Assembly: GCA_903894955.1 (NCBI GenBank)
Contig: CAITSA010000004.1
Location: 1 to 45,144 of the forward strand
DNA length: 45,144 nucleotides
Direction of reading: 5' to 3'
Origin: an uncultured bacterium
Lineage (GTDB): Bacteria; Patescibacteriota; Minisyncoccia; Phycocordibacterales; UBA9973
Below, piece by piece: positions 17,301 through 25,027 of the stretch. Below the pieces are notes generated by a model. That model saw only the letters and a program-made list of their open reading frames with translations, ran no database searches and was not told the origin of the DNA. Both the position numbers and the translations under genes were made by a program. The stretch's first letter is position 1; each line of letters starts with the position of its first letter.

Positions 17301-18514
17301 CTACCTTCGAATATTCCCGTTCCGGGTAGAAATTTTCCATCCAAGCCAACCAAATGATGCTTGGGTAAACCAATCTTTGTGCCAAGTTCAAAGTCATCCT
17401 GTCCATACATTACTGCTGTATGCACCACACCCGTACCGTCTTCAGTGGTGACAAAATCCGCTCCGTAAACTTTATAAGCTTTTTCTAGTTTTAGTTTTTC
17501 ACTTTCAGAAATAATATTTTCTAAATATGGATATAATGGTTCGTATTCCAAGCCAACTAAGTCTTTACCTTTTAATTCTTTTATCACCTCATATTCCCCA
17601 TCTATTACAGAAAGCCGATTTTTAGCGAGAATTAAAAATTCGTTTTCCCCGCCCGCCGGCGAGGCAGGTTTTTTTATTTTTACATAATCAATATTTTTTC
17701 CAACCGCTAAAGCCACATTACCAGGTAATGTCCACGGGGTCGTGGTCCAAGCAAGAATGTAGCTATCAGTGGAAATATCGCTCTTGCGGGGTGTCTCGCA
17801 GGCTGACGAGCCGAGAGGCAGCGCTGTGTCAGCAGACACAGACAGCGACCCTGCGGGAGTGATATTTCCACCTACTATTTTAAATTTTATATACACTGAT
17901 AAATCTTTTACATCTTCATAACCCTGCGCAAGCTCATGCGAAGAAAGAGCGGTTCCGCACCTTGGACACCAAGGTACAACTTTATAATCTTTAAAAAGTA
18001 AATTTTGATTATTTATTTTTTTAATAATATTCCAAACAGACTCAATATAATCGTTGTGATATGTCACATACGGATTTTCTTGGTCAGCCCAATAGCCCAT
18101 CCTTTCTGTGAAATTTTTCCATAATCCAATATATTCCCAAACACTGTCTTTGCATAATTTATTGAAATCTGAAATACCATAATTTTCAATATCATTTTTT
18201 GATTTAAACCCAAGCTTTTTTTCTATCTGTAATTCTACTGGTAAACCATGTGTATCCCAGCCCCCTTTGCGACGAACATGAAAGCCACGCATAGTTTTGT
18301 ACCTTGGAATAACATCTTTAAAAGAAAAAGGTACCATCGTATGTAAAACTGGCTTAGAATTTGCTGTAACTGGGCCATCATAGAAAATAAATTCTTTTCT
18401 TCCTTTCGATTGTTCTAAGGATTTTTCAAAAGTTTTATGTTCTTTCCAAAATTCTAAAACACGCTCTTCACGAAGAGCCGCGTCAGATTTTTTATTTGTA
18501 TTTTTTTCTTCCAT
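14384..18514 (-). CDS. ileS: Isoleucine--tRNA ligase (type 2) with inserted histidine-phosphatase domain and C-terminal HD domain
   Basis: DGPVTAN, GWDTHGLPVE, WTTTPWTLPGN, GTGVVH, DWAISRERYWG, DQTRGWFY, KMSKS; Ile T-box upstream; RHGE insert; LLHDMG C-terminal domain. Confidence 0.96.
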   Translation of the reverse strand: MEEKNTNKKSDAALREERVLEFWKEHKTFEKSLEQSKGRKEFIFYDGPVTANSKPVLHTMVPFSFKDVIPRYKTMRGFHVRRKGGWDTHGLPVELQIEKKLGFKSKNDIENYGISDFNKLCKDSVWEYIGLWKNFTERMGYWADQENPYVTYHNDYIESVWNIIKKINNQNLLFKDYKVVPWCPRCGTALSSHELAQGYEDVKDLSVYIKFKIVGGNITPAGSLSVSADTALPLGSSACETPRKSDISTDSYILAWTTTPWTLPGNVALAVGKNIDYVKIKKPASPAGGENEFLILAKNRLSVIDGEYEVIKELKGKDLVGLEYEPLYPYLENIISESEKLKLEKAYKVYGADFVTTEDGTGVVHTAVMYGQDDFELGTKIGLPKHHLVGLDGKFLPGTGIFEGRFVRDEEVAVDIIKDLAHRGLLLKKEKYEHSYPHCWRCKTALIYYARDSWYIKVSDPKIKEKMIKENKEINWEPAHIRDGRFGQWLEEIKDWAISRERYWGTPLPVWVCETCKKVEVIGSIQEIKEKTKKSGNKYFVMRHGEAESNVKYIISSEVGGADHLTKAGKKQVLNSISEIKNKKIDLIISSDLTRTKETAEIVKKELEIENNNFIFDKRIREINTGIFNGKTWEEYFDFKSKQDWYLCVPKNGESCKEVKSRMTSFLYDIENKYKDRNILIVTHEGPANMLSAGIKGLNDAETTKHLINKTIDFPNAKVVELDFVPLPHNEDYELDLHRPYIDEVKLVCSCGGNLVRTKEVMDVWLDSGCMPFAEDHYPFENKKWVDGVGYPADFISEAIDQTRGWFYTLHAVGVLMGRGKAYKNVICLGHLLDAKGKKMSKSLGNIVDPWDAMDKYGVDTLRLWMYSVNQPGESKNFDEKTVSLLHQQVFTLLYNVLAFYELYPIAEQARYGASRDKPKSKNVLDQWILARLDELIDESTKKMDDYKLLEPVRGIKDFIGDLSTWYLRRSRERIKEEVTNPAKEDGARATLYFVLKTLTKIMAPFAPFTAEDIWLKLKTDSDKESVHLENWPAKQLKLFGIIPLPNLLLNKGEEKEGVIDNMEIVRKIVTLGLEARQKAGLKVRQPLSKLEVKNFVLGKEFADLIKDEINVKDILENKNLKTEVELDINITPALKAEGEYREFMRELQDQRKKLGLNPGDKMPLPIETIYKKYKIMPSLQEHMLRTAAVASLICDNFTEPLPKEEIITACLLHDMGNIIKFDLNYFSELNEPEGIEYWQNVQNEYIKKYGKNEYSAHSKIAKEINVSERVVELINSISFLGAPDISSAMDWGKKIVDYCDERVGIFGVVSIEQRLVDLRKRYAHHKENTPERDAFENAIRQIEKQIFAKCKIKPEDINNESIAPIILELKNFVIK
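15336..15389. repeat. 54-nt hairpin element in frame in ileS, related to the DUF559-flanking repeats
   Basis: Minus strand ATACCCCTACCCAACCTCCTCCTTAATAAAGGGGAGG versus ATACCCCCACCCTAACCCTCCCCCTACTTTAGGGTGAGG; encodes IPLPNLLLNKGEEKEGV. Confidence 0.7.
15549..15573. repeat. Short hairpin element in frame in ileS (TGCCCCG...GGGGT family)
   Basis: CTTGCCCCGTCCTCTTTGGCGGGGT; encodes PAKEDGAR. Confidence 0.7.
15771..15806. repeat. Hairpin element in frame in ileS (TGCCCCG...GGGGT family)
   Basis: TTGCCCCGTAGC/GCTATGGGGTAA stem with inner GAGCTTGCTC; encodes PIAEQARYGAS. Confidence 0.8.
17648..17668. repeat. 21-nt element in frame in ileS (CCTGCC...GGCGGG family)
   Basis: Minus strand CCTGCCTCGCCGGCGGGCGGG, same length and ends as the recA elements; encodes PASPAGG. 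Confidence 0.8.
17769..17871. mobile_element. 103-nt MITE-like structured element in frame in the ileS CP1 region
   Basis: 24-nt terminal inverted repeats (GTGGAAATATC...GATATTTCCAC, 20/24) with three internal hairpins; adds about 34 aa. Confidence 0.8.
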
Positions 18515-18528
18515 ATTTAAAATTAAGC

Positions 18529-18584
18529 TAAATAAAAAGTCCGTCCTCGTGCAACTAAAAAATTAATTGCGCAAGGACGGACTT
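18529..18584 (-). terminator. Intrinsic terminator of the ileS T-box
   Basis: AAGTCCGTCCTTGCGCAATTAA / TTAGTTGCACGAGGACGGACTT stem followed by TTTATTT. Confidence 0.85.
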
Positions 18585-18712
18585 CGCCGTGGTACCACCT
18601 TGTTTTTTACCCGCTTTTGCCGGGACTTCTCATTACGGCTATAACGGGCTTACCCGTCGGGTTCTACTTATTTTCTTCCCGAAGCTCCGAGGTGATTACC
18701 CCTTCAACGCTT
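18529..18712 (-). ncRNA. T-box riboswitch (Ile, AUC specifier) upstream of ileS
   Basis: T-box AAGGTGGTACCACGG (18587-18601), antiterminator partner CCGTCC, AGTA/GAA Stem II, CCGTTA pseudoknot motif, short Stem I loop GGTAATCA. Confidence 0.95.
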
Positions 18713-18815
18713 GTGTATAAAATATAACATTACAAGAAAAAGAAGACAAGGTAGATGGTCACTTGTTTTCTTAAACCTTGATGTAAAGAGTTAGTATTAA
18801 ATATTAATACCACTT

Positions 18816-18977
18816 CTACCACTTCCCTCTCTTGTGTGCTCTTTTTCGGCGAGGTTTTCTCCTCGGCCGAGACATTAAATTGGAGCATTCTTTCTTGGCG
18901 CAATGAAATCGAATCTTTTCTATTGGAACAGTGGGGTCTTTTTCGCAATAATAATAACGATTACTCTTCAGCTTCAT
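18816..18977 (-). CDS. Small basic Cys/His-containing protein (53 aa), not in the ORF track
   Basis: MKLKSNRYYYCEKDPTVPIEKIRFHCAKKECSNLMSRPRRKPRRKRAHKRGKW; AAAGGGG 5 nt before ATG. Confidence 0.55.
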   Translation of the reverse strand: MKLKSNRYYYCEKDPTVPIEKIRFHCAKKECSNLMSRPRRKPRRKRAHKRGKW

Positions 18978-19169
18978 TTTTTCCCCTTTCTGTTTCGTAG
19001 ATATAGTAAATCTACGAAAACAAAGTAAGTTAAATTCAAAAAACTTTCCTAATTAATTATAAACTAAAGTTGACTAAATCAGAAACCTTCATTTTTTTCA
19101 GAGCAATGATGAAAAAACCTTATTGACTCTAAAGTCTTATAGTAAGAAAGGTTCTAGTAAGTTATAAAT

Positions 19170-19541
19170 TTACTTAACTAAAGTGGATTGCTTTTTGTTA
19201 AGAAATAATAAAACAATAAAATATATTACAGAGAATAAAGAGGATAAAATTAACGCTGAAGTACTACGGTCATAACATATTATTTGTGAACAGATTGACT
19301 CAATTTGAGACAATATAATAGCATTTATGACAATGAAAATTATTATGGTCAATAGAAATGATTTATATTTGATATTTTTTAAAAAACTAGAAAAAAATAG
19401 CAAAAAGGTTAACGGTAACAAAACTCCAAATGCTGGATGAAACAACTCGGCATTATATGGATTTAAATAATGAAAATTCATGAGGATAACAAATAGCACT
19501 AAAACAAAAAATATTGTTGTAATAATAAATGGTTTTTTCAT
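19170..19541 (-). CDS. Small 4-TM membrane protein
   Basis: Four hydrophobic segments, CSQIIC loop; starts 1 nt after the upstream gene's stop. Confidence 0.7.
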   Translation of the reverse strand: MKKPFIITTIFFVLVLFVILMNFHYLNPYNAELFHPAFGVLLPLTFLLFFSSFLKNIKYKSFLLTIIIFIVINAIILSQIESICSQIICYDRSTSALILSSLFSVIYFIVLLFLNKKQSTLVK

Positions 19542-19542
19542 A

Positions 19543-22500
19543 TTAATTTAAATTATCTAATAATTGATTCAACAAGGTAATTAATGTTTGTGCATCAGCT
19601 GGAGCTAATTGTTTTGGTTTTTTGTTTTCTTTGTGTTCTTTTTCATGCTCTCTCTCATTTTTTCTTTCTCTTCCCTGTCTGTCTTTCTCATTTTCTTTTG
19701 GATGTATTGTTAATGCTTTTTTAAATTGTTCTATTTTTAATTTTGCTTTATTTATCTTGCCTTTTTGAATTGCTTTTATTGTATCATCAATTCGTTTTGT
19801 GAGCATATTTTTTTGCTGTTTAGATATATCAAAAGATTCAACTGTCTTTTTCATTATCTGAAGGAAAAGTATCGGATCGAAAGTTGTATTAGGGATAATA
19901 GTAAAATCTGTTACTCCATCTCCTGTCACGTCTAATGCCAACTGTGGAGTTCCAGTGCTCTGATTAAGAGTTATTTCTGCTTGAGTTTGGGTGGTTACTG
20001 GAATATCTACAAAAGAAAAAGTGGTAGATGTGCCGTCTGGTAAAACTTTTTCTGAATCATAAGTAAATGTTCCTATATCTGTTCCTTGAAGTTTAACCTT
20101 AGACATTTGATCTTCTGGAAGATTAATATATTTCCCCTCGCCAAATTCTAAATATGATGAGTTTGGGATATTTTCTTCAGCATAACAAAAATCAGAATCC
20201 GATAGGCAAATTTCCCCCGTATGATTGCCACCTGCATTGTATGCATCAAGAGTAACAGGCGAATGAATCGAAATATGGAAGTGATTAGATGTATCTACTG
20301 GAACAGTTGTGCTTAAGTACGCAGAATTTTCCAATGGTAATTCTTGTATCGTATTTGATATGAAACTTAAAAGAGAATCTACTTCAAAAATATTTCCATG
20401 CGTAATGTTTGCATCAAGCGGAAATTTATCGTTATTCATTTGAAATAAATTCACCCAATACTTCTCCACATTACTATTCACAGAACTCATATATTGAGCA
20501 CTCGGGACAACTACTGTATTGTCTCCGTCAGATGTAAATCGTGGACGCTCATCCAATATAAAACCACATCCAAGTGATTGAGTACATGCTTTTGGATAAT
20601 ATTCAAAACTAGCAACAGTGTCCAACCCCCAGCCTGCCACTTCTATCACCCGCATACCTGTCGGAGGAATCCATGCATCTATGCTGTGATGTAAAATTTC
20701 TGCTTTAGAAAATAAGTCCGGTGATAAACTAATCGGTAGGTTTGGTTCATCTACCAACGGATCTATCCTGCCTTCTGCGCCAAAAAGAAAATCTTTGTAT
20801 TCAGCATATGAACTAATCGCGCTGCCAAAAGTCTGGACAAGTTTTGTCGTAATGTTAGAAGGAATCGCATCATCCACAAAAGTTGCCGGCGAAGCACTCA
20901 CTCTGTTTATGTATTCCTTGCTTGGCAAAAGCCCGTAAGCACCAGGCATATTTCTCCCAAGTTCCCGAGCATTGACTTCATCTACAAGCAACCCCCACAA
21001 CATGCTCTGGTCATACCCGTGCAATATTGCCGGCACGGCACTAGCTGTGCCGATTTCTGGCGACGCTACTAAGATCAGCACATCCACGCTGTTAATCAAA
21101 TTATTTCTTTCTGCAATTTTATCATCTTGTAGTTTTTTTAGTAAAGCTTTAGCTAAAAGTCCACCATTGCTATGCGCAATGATAGTAACTTTTCCATTTT
21201 TATTTTTAGATGAATCAACAAGTGATTGCAGAGTATCAACTAGCGAAACTATACCCGTTTGATATTTCGTTCCATTAGTTACAATATCATCAACACTTTG
21301 CCGCCAATCATAAGCAAAAGGTTTCCATTCACCAATTTTTTTATCACTTACTAATTTATCCATCATCTCGGTAAAACTTTTATAAACATCTTGCGCCGGC
21401 AAGCCCAGTGACATCGGCATATTCGCTTCATTTATAATATCTTTAGTATAAATATTTGGGTCTTGGCTCGTCCCATCTGAATTTAAATATAAACTCGTTA
21501 CCTGTGTGCGACTATGGGGCTCCCAAAGTTGATCTTCTGCAGGAATACCTAAAATAGTTTTTTGTTTATATAACCTACTTGCTTCAATCCCAGGCAAAAA
21601 AAGCACACTGGAACAACATTTAGATTTTCCAAGGGGGTCACTAGTAAGCCATGGATCAAATAACACATTGTCGGAAACTTTGTCACCTGAACCATCTGGA
21701 TTCGAAAAATGCATTGGCCCAGAAGCATCACCCCACCAAGTGTTTTTAAAATCTATGGTGTAAGTATCTTCATCTGCAAATGCTTTCTCTGGTTGAAACA
21801 AGTTAGCAAGCCACAATAACGGCTTTTGCCAGTTGTAACATGGAACAGGACTTCGCATGTCATTCAATACTCCATAATCAGAATTATTATAAATCGAGAG
21901 ACCATTTGTTTGGTAAACAGAACCCGGAGAATAATCTTCCTGATTAAGATGAATACCAATATTATTATTTATAATTTTTGTATTTGAAATAATTACGTGG
22001 GAATTTCCATAATCATAAATCCCCTTACGATTTTTTTCAAAAACAGAATCTTTGATACTAACATCTAGAACTCCACATATAGATAATCCAATGTCTGAAT
22101 AACGAACAACAACATTTTGCAGAGATATGTGGTTCGGAGATGGATTAAAACCATTTGAAACTATTATCCCATACCAAATATTCTGAGAGGTATCTGAAAT
22201 ATCTGGAACACTAGCTGATCCATCTCCATTTGTATCTCCTCCCACTGAATCATCGGCCAAACTAGTAAAATAAATTTTATTATCAGCTGAACCGAGAGCG
22301 TTGAAAAATCCTCCGTTACTCATATCGATTTCAGCATATGGAGCAAATTTTACAATCACCCCTCCCTCAATACTCAGAGACGAACCACTAGAGATATAAC
22401 TATAGTTGTCAATAACATAAGGGCTATTTGCTAAGTTCCAAGTAACGTTTCCGTCGATGCTTCCCGATATATGCGTCTCAGCAAAAACCTTCGGAGTAAA

Positions 22501-22563
22501 AACAAAAAGAGTGCTAAGAAAAAACAAAAACGAAAACAAAATTATCAATTTTCGTTGGTACAT
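19543..22563 (-). CDS. Secreted protein: beta-helix N-domain plus alpha/beta-hydrolase (LCAT/lipase-like) domain
   Basis: Signal peptide (..VFA|ET), W....SPY beta-helix start, DFKNTWWG, LPGIEASRL, FAYDWRQ, AHSNGG nucleophile elbow, DGDNTV, HGNI. Confidence 0.75.
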   Translation of the reverse strand: MYQRKLIILFSFLFFLSTLFVFTPKVFAETHISGSIDGNVTWNLANSPYVIDNYSYISSGSSLSIEGGVIVKFAPYAEIDMSNGGFFNALGSADNKIYFTSLADDSVGGDTNGDGSASVPDISDTSQNIWYGIIVSNGFNPSPNHISLQNVVVRYSDIGLSICGVLDVSIKDSVFEKNRKGIYDYGNSHVIISNTKIINNNIGIHLNQEDYSPGSVYQTNGLSIYNNSDYGVLNDMRSPVPCYNWQKPLLWLANLFQPEKAFADEDTYTIDFKNTWWGDASGPMHFSNPDGSGDKVSDNVLFDPWLTSDPLGKSKCCSSVLFLPGIEASRLYKQKTILGIPAEDQLWEPHSRTQVTSLYLNSDGTSQDPNIYTKDIINEANMPMSLGLPAQDVYKSFTEMMDKLVSDKKIGEWKPFAYDWRQSVDDIVTNGTKYQTGIVSLVDTLQSLVDSSKNKNGKVTIIAHSNGGLLAKALLKKLQDDKIAERNNLINSVDVLILVASPEIGTASAVPAILHGYDQSMLWGLLVDEVNARELGRNMPGAYGLLPSKEYINRVSASPATFVDDAIPSNITTKLVQTFGSAISSYAEYKDFLFGAEGRIDPLVDEPNLPISLSPDLFSKAEILHHSIDAWIPPTGMRVIEVAGWGLDTVASFEYYPKACTQSLGCGFILDERPRFTSDGDNTVVVPSAQYMSSVNSNVEKYWVNLFQMNNDKFPLDANITHGNIFEVDSLLSFISNTIQELPLENSAYLSTTVPVDTSNHFHISIHSPVTLDAYNAGGNHTGEICLSDSDFCYAEENIPNSSYLEFGEGKYINLPEDQMSKVKLQGTDIGTFTYDSEKVLPDGTSTTFSFVDIPVTTQTQAEITLNQSTGTPQLALDVTGDGVTDFTIIPNTTFDPILFLQIMKKTVESFDISKQQKNMLTKRIDDTIKAIQKGKINKAKLKIEQFKKALTIHPKENEKDRQGRERKNEREHEKEHKENKKPKQLAPADAQTLITLLNQLLDNLN

Positions 22564-22649
22564 TTAATTTAAAATTAGTTATATAGTTTAATTTTCCCAC
22601 AAATTACAAACAAAGCTAATATGAGGTGTGGAAAACTTTTTTTTAATAT

Positions 22650-24251
22650 TTATTTTCTTAACCCAAGTTTTTCAAGTCTAGCGGTAATTCCTCCTCTTTT
22701 TCTTCCAAAACTTTTCATTAAGTCAGCTATTTTTATACCAGACACGAATAACTTTTTTAATTCTTCGTCTTGCTCTTTACTCCACGGACGATACGCATTG
22801 GGATGTTTTTCTCGAATTTCAGAAAAAGGTTGGGGGTGCGCCGTACTCGGCGCACCCTTTTTTGTTTCTTTTTTAATTTGTTTTTTTATCTTCCCGCCAC
22901 ACGCAATTATAAAATCACTGTGCATTTTTTTAAGATCCTCCAAAGAGAGTTTTCCAAAAACTTTTTCTGCTTCTTTAGATTTATTTTTAAAATCAATATC
23001 TTTTTCTAAAATTTCTGGATGCACTTTAAGTGCACGCTCGTTTATCCCAAGTAAGTAAAGTCCAGAAAGTCTGCGTACTCGTGAAAGAGCCACATAACCC
23101 TGCCCAAATTCAAAAACTTGGGACAAATCCATGGTCGCTGCATCCATGCTCATCCCCTGACTCTTATGCACGGTTATCGCCCAGGCTAACCGAAGAGGAA
23201 TTTGGGTTATCTGCGCACGAATTTTACCATTTTCTTCTACCGTCCAATCCATCGGCGCAATCTTAATACTGCGTCCGTTTTTGGTTTTAATGATAGGATG
23301 TCCGCTAAATTCTTCAAAACCTGTCACTATACCCAGTGTCCCATTCACAAATCTTTCTTTTTGATTATTTTTTGTGCACATTACCACCGCACCCTTTTTA
23401 AGCTCTAGCTTTTCTGGAGACAAACATCCCTTCTTTAAAGTTTCTACCACCCTATCATTTCCACTCTCGGACATTTTAAATAATTTCATTCCCTCTTCTA
23501 ATTTCGCAAGCTCTCTGTTATTTACTACGTCCACATCCACATTATGTGAGAAAAGTTTTGTAATGTTCAAAGGAGTATCATCTACTTCAATCTGCCGAGA
23601 TAAAATATAATTCAAATTTTCTTTTGAAACATTATTAGCACGTATTGCCGAAAGCACTGAAAGAAAATTGGCATCATCCTGACGATGCTGTTCCATTAAA
23701 TAACAAATAATTGGTCGTGCCCTTTCCCAAGCCCCGCTTCTATAAGCAAAAGTTTCCATAAATCCGATCTCCGGGGAAAGTGTATTTTGTTTATTTTCTT
23801 TTACATCCCTTCTTATAATCGGTGGTAATTGAAAAAAATCACCAACCAGAACAACCTGTATTCCACCAAACGGTTCATCATTCTGTTTTATTTCCCGACA
23901 AACAATATCAAGCATATTGAGCATGTTAGGGGAAAGCATAGAAATTTCATCTATAATCAGCACTCGTGTCCGACGGACACGCTTGCTAACATATTCACTA
24001 CTGGCAATTTTATCTAAATCATATTTGTCTAATTTTGTTTTAATACCGATTCCACTCCAAGAATGAATAGTCATCCCGCCAATGTGCGTTGCGGCAATCC
24101 CCGTGGAAGCGGTAATAGCCGGCTCTATCCCACAAGAGCGCAAATAATTTACAAAATTATTTACGGTGTGCGTCTTTCCTGCCCCAGGTTCACCCGTTAA
24201 GAAAACATTTGCGCCAGTTTTTAAAATATCTAAAGCTTGATCTTGGGTCAC
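22650..24251 (-). CDS. PIF1-family (SF1B) DNA helicase with C-terminal helical domain
   Basis: GEPGAGKT, TIHSWSGIG, IIDEISM, GDFFQLPP, QIPLRLAWAITVHKSQG, YVALSRV; GTG start. Confidence 0.93.
   Translation of the reverse strand: MTQDQALDILKTGANVFLTGEPGAGKTHTVNNFVNYLRSCGIEPAITASTGIAATHIGGMTIHSWSGIGIKTKLDKYDLDKIASSEYVSKRVRRTRVLIIDEISMLSPNMLNMLDIVCREIKQNDEPFGGIQVVLVGDFFQLPPIIRRDVKENKQNTLSPEIGFMETFAYRSGAWERARPIICYLMEQHRQDDANFLSVLSAIRANNVSKENLNYILSRQIEVDDTPLNITKLFSHNVDVDVVNNRELAKLEEGMKLFKMSESGNDRVVETLKKGCLSPEKLELKKGAVVMCTKNNQKERFVNGTLGIVTGFEEFSGHPIIKTKNGRSIKIAPMDWTVEENGKIRAQITQIPLRLAWAITVHKSQGMSMDAATMDLSQVFEFGQGYVALSRVRRLSGLYLLGINERALKVHPEILEKDIDFKNKSKEAEKVFGKLSLEDLKKMHSDFIIACGGKIKKQIKKETKKGAPSTAHPQPFSEIREKHPNAYRPWSKEQDEELKKLFVSGIKIADLMKSFGRKRGGITARLEKLGLRK
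22834..22857. repeat. 24-nt perfect hairpin in frame in the PIF1 linker
   Basis: GGGTGCGCCG-TACT-CGGCGCACCC, 10-bp stem; encodes GAPSTAHP. Confidence 0.75.
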
Positions 24252-24329
24252 TGCACCATTCTACTACATTTTCTTTGTATCCACGATGCCTAAAGATAAA
24301 TCCACCAAAGCCTTGCTTCGGCTAAATCT

Positions 24330-25001
24330 TTAATCAATATTATTCTTATTTTCATTTATTAAAATAGTTGCAATGTGTTGTGCCTCTTGCTCTGTAAATA
24401 TATGCGAAATATGATTGGAATTTTTATTCAATATCCATGTTCTAGAATTTTCTTCATTAAATTTTTCCAGTCCTTTTAGATGTAATTGATTGTAATCTTC
24501 TTGTTCTTTAAATTGCTTTTTAGATTCTGTCCCTGCGGACACACCATCCTTCGCCCACTCAAGAATTAACTCAATAATTTTTTGATCAGAAATATTATTT
24601 TTTTTCAAACACTTAAAAAGATATGGGGCAAAAGTCCAAAACATTTTCGTATCTTGACCCTCACTATTTATTACACAAACAATTTTACTTAATGGTCCTC
24701 CTTTTTTTACTAAAACATCATCTCTGTATTTCAAATAAGCGATAGCAAAATCTCGTTCTGTGTTAGAATGTTTTAACATTCTTAATATATGAAGCCCATC
24801 ACGACTAGTCAATTTGCTTAATTTTTTTGATAAATCATCCGACAAATTACAATCGTGTATAGCTTTTCTCATACCGTCAGGACCATCATAATATGGTTTT
24901 TCAAGGTCAGCAAAAGGTTGTAAAAAATCTTTAATTTCATTATATTGAATTTCTTGTTTTAAACTTTTGTCCTCTCTGTTATTTTTTGATATTTTTTCCA
25001 T
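24330..25001 (-). CDS. Hypothetical protein
   Basis: 223-aa ORF with ATG, co-oriented with neighbours; no motif recognised. Confidence 0.6.
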   Translation of the reverse strand: MEKISKNNREDKSLKQEIQYNEIKDFLQPFADLEKPYYDGPDGMRKAIHDCNLSDDLSKKLSKLTSRDGLHILRMLKHSNTERDFAIAYLKYRDDVLVKKGGPLSKIVCVINSEGQDTKMFWTFAPYLFKCLKKNNISDQKIIELILEWAKDGVSAGTESKKQFKEQEDYNQLHLKGLEKFNEENSRTWILNKNSNHISHIFTEQEAQHIATILINENKNNID

Positions 25002-25027
25002 AAATATATTAAGGTGATTTTTTATTC

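Noticed and set aside
18730-18948. 72-aa ORF from the track
   Set aside because: TTG start and runs through a terminator-like stem; the overlapping 53-aa ATG frame (18816-18977) is better supported.
19610-19700. Charged EKE/ERE low-complexity tract in the lipase-like protein
   Set aside because: Compositional low complexity with no discrete DNA repeat unit.
24301-24324. AGCC-TTGCTTC-GGCT mini-hairpin upstream of pif1 as another repeat copy
   Set aside because: Only a 4-bp stem and no second copy in the window.
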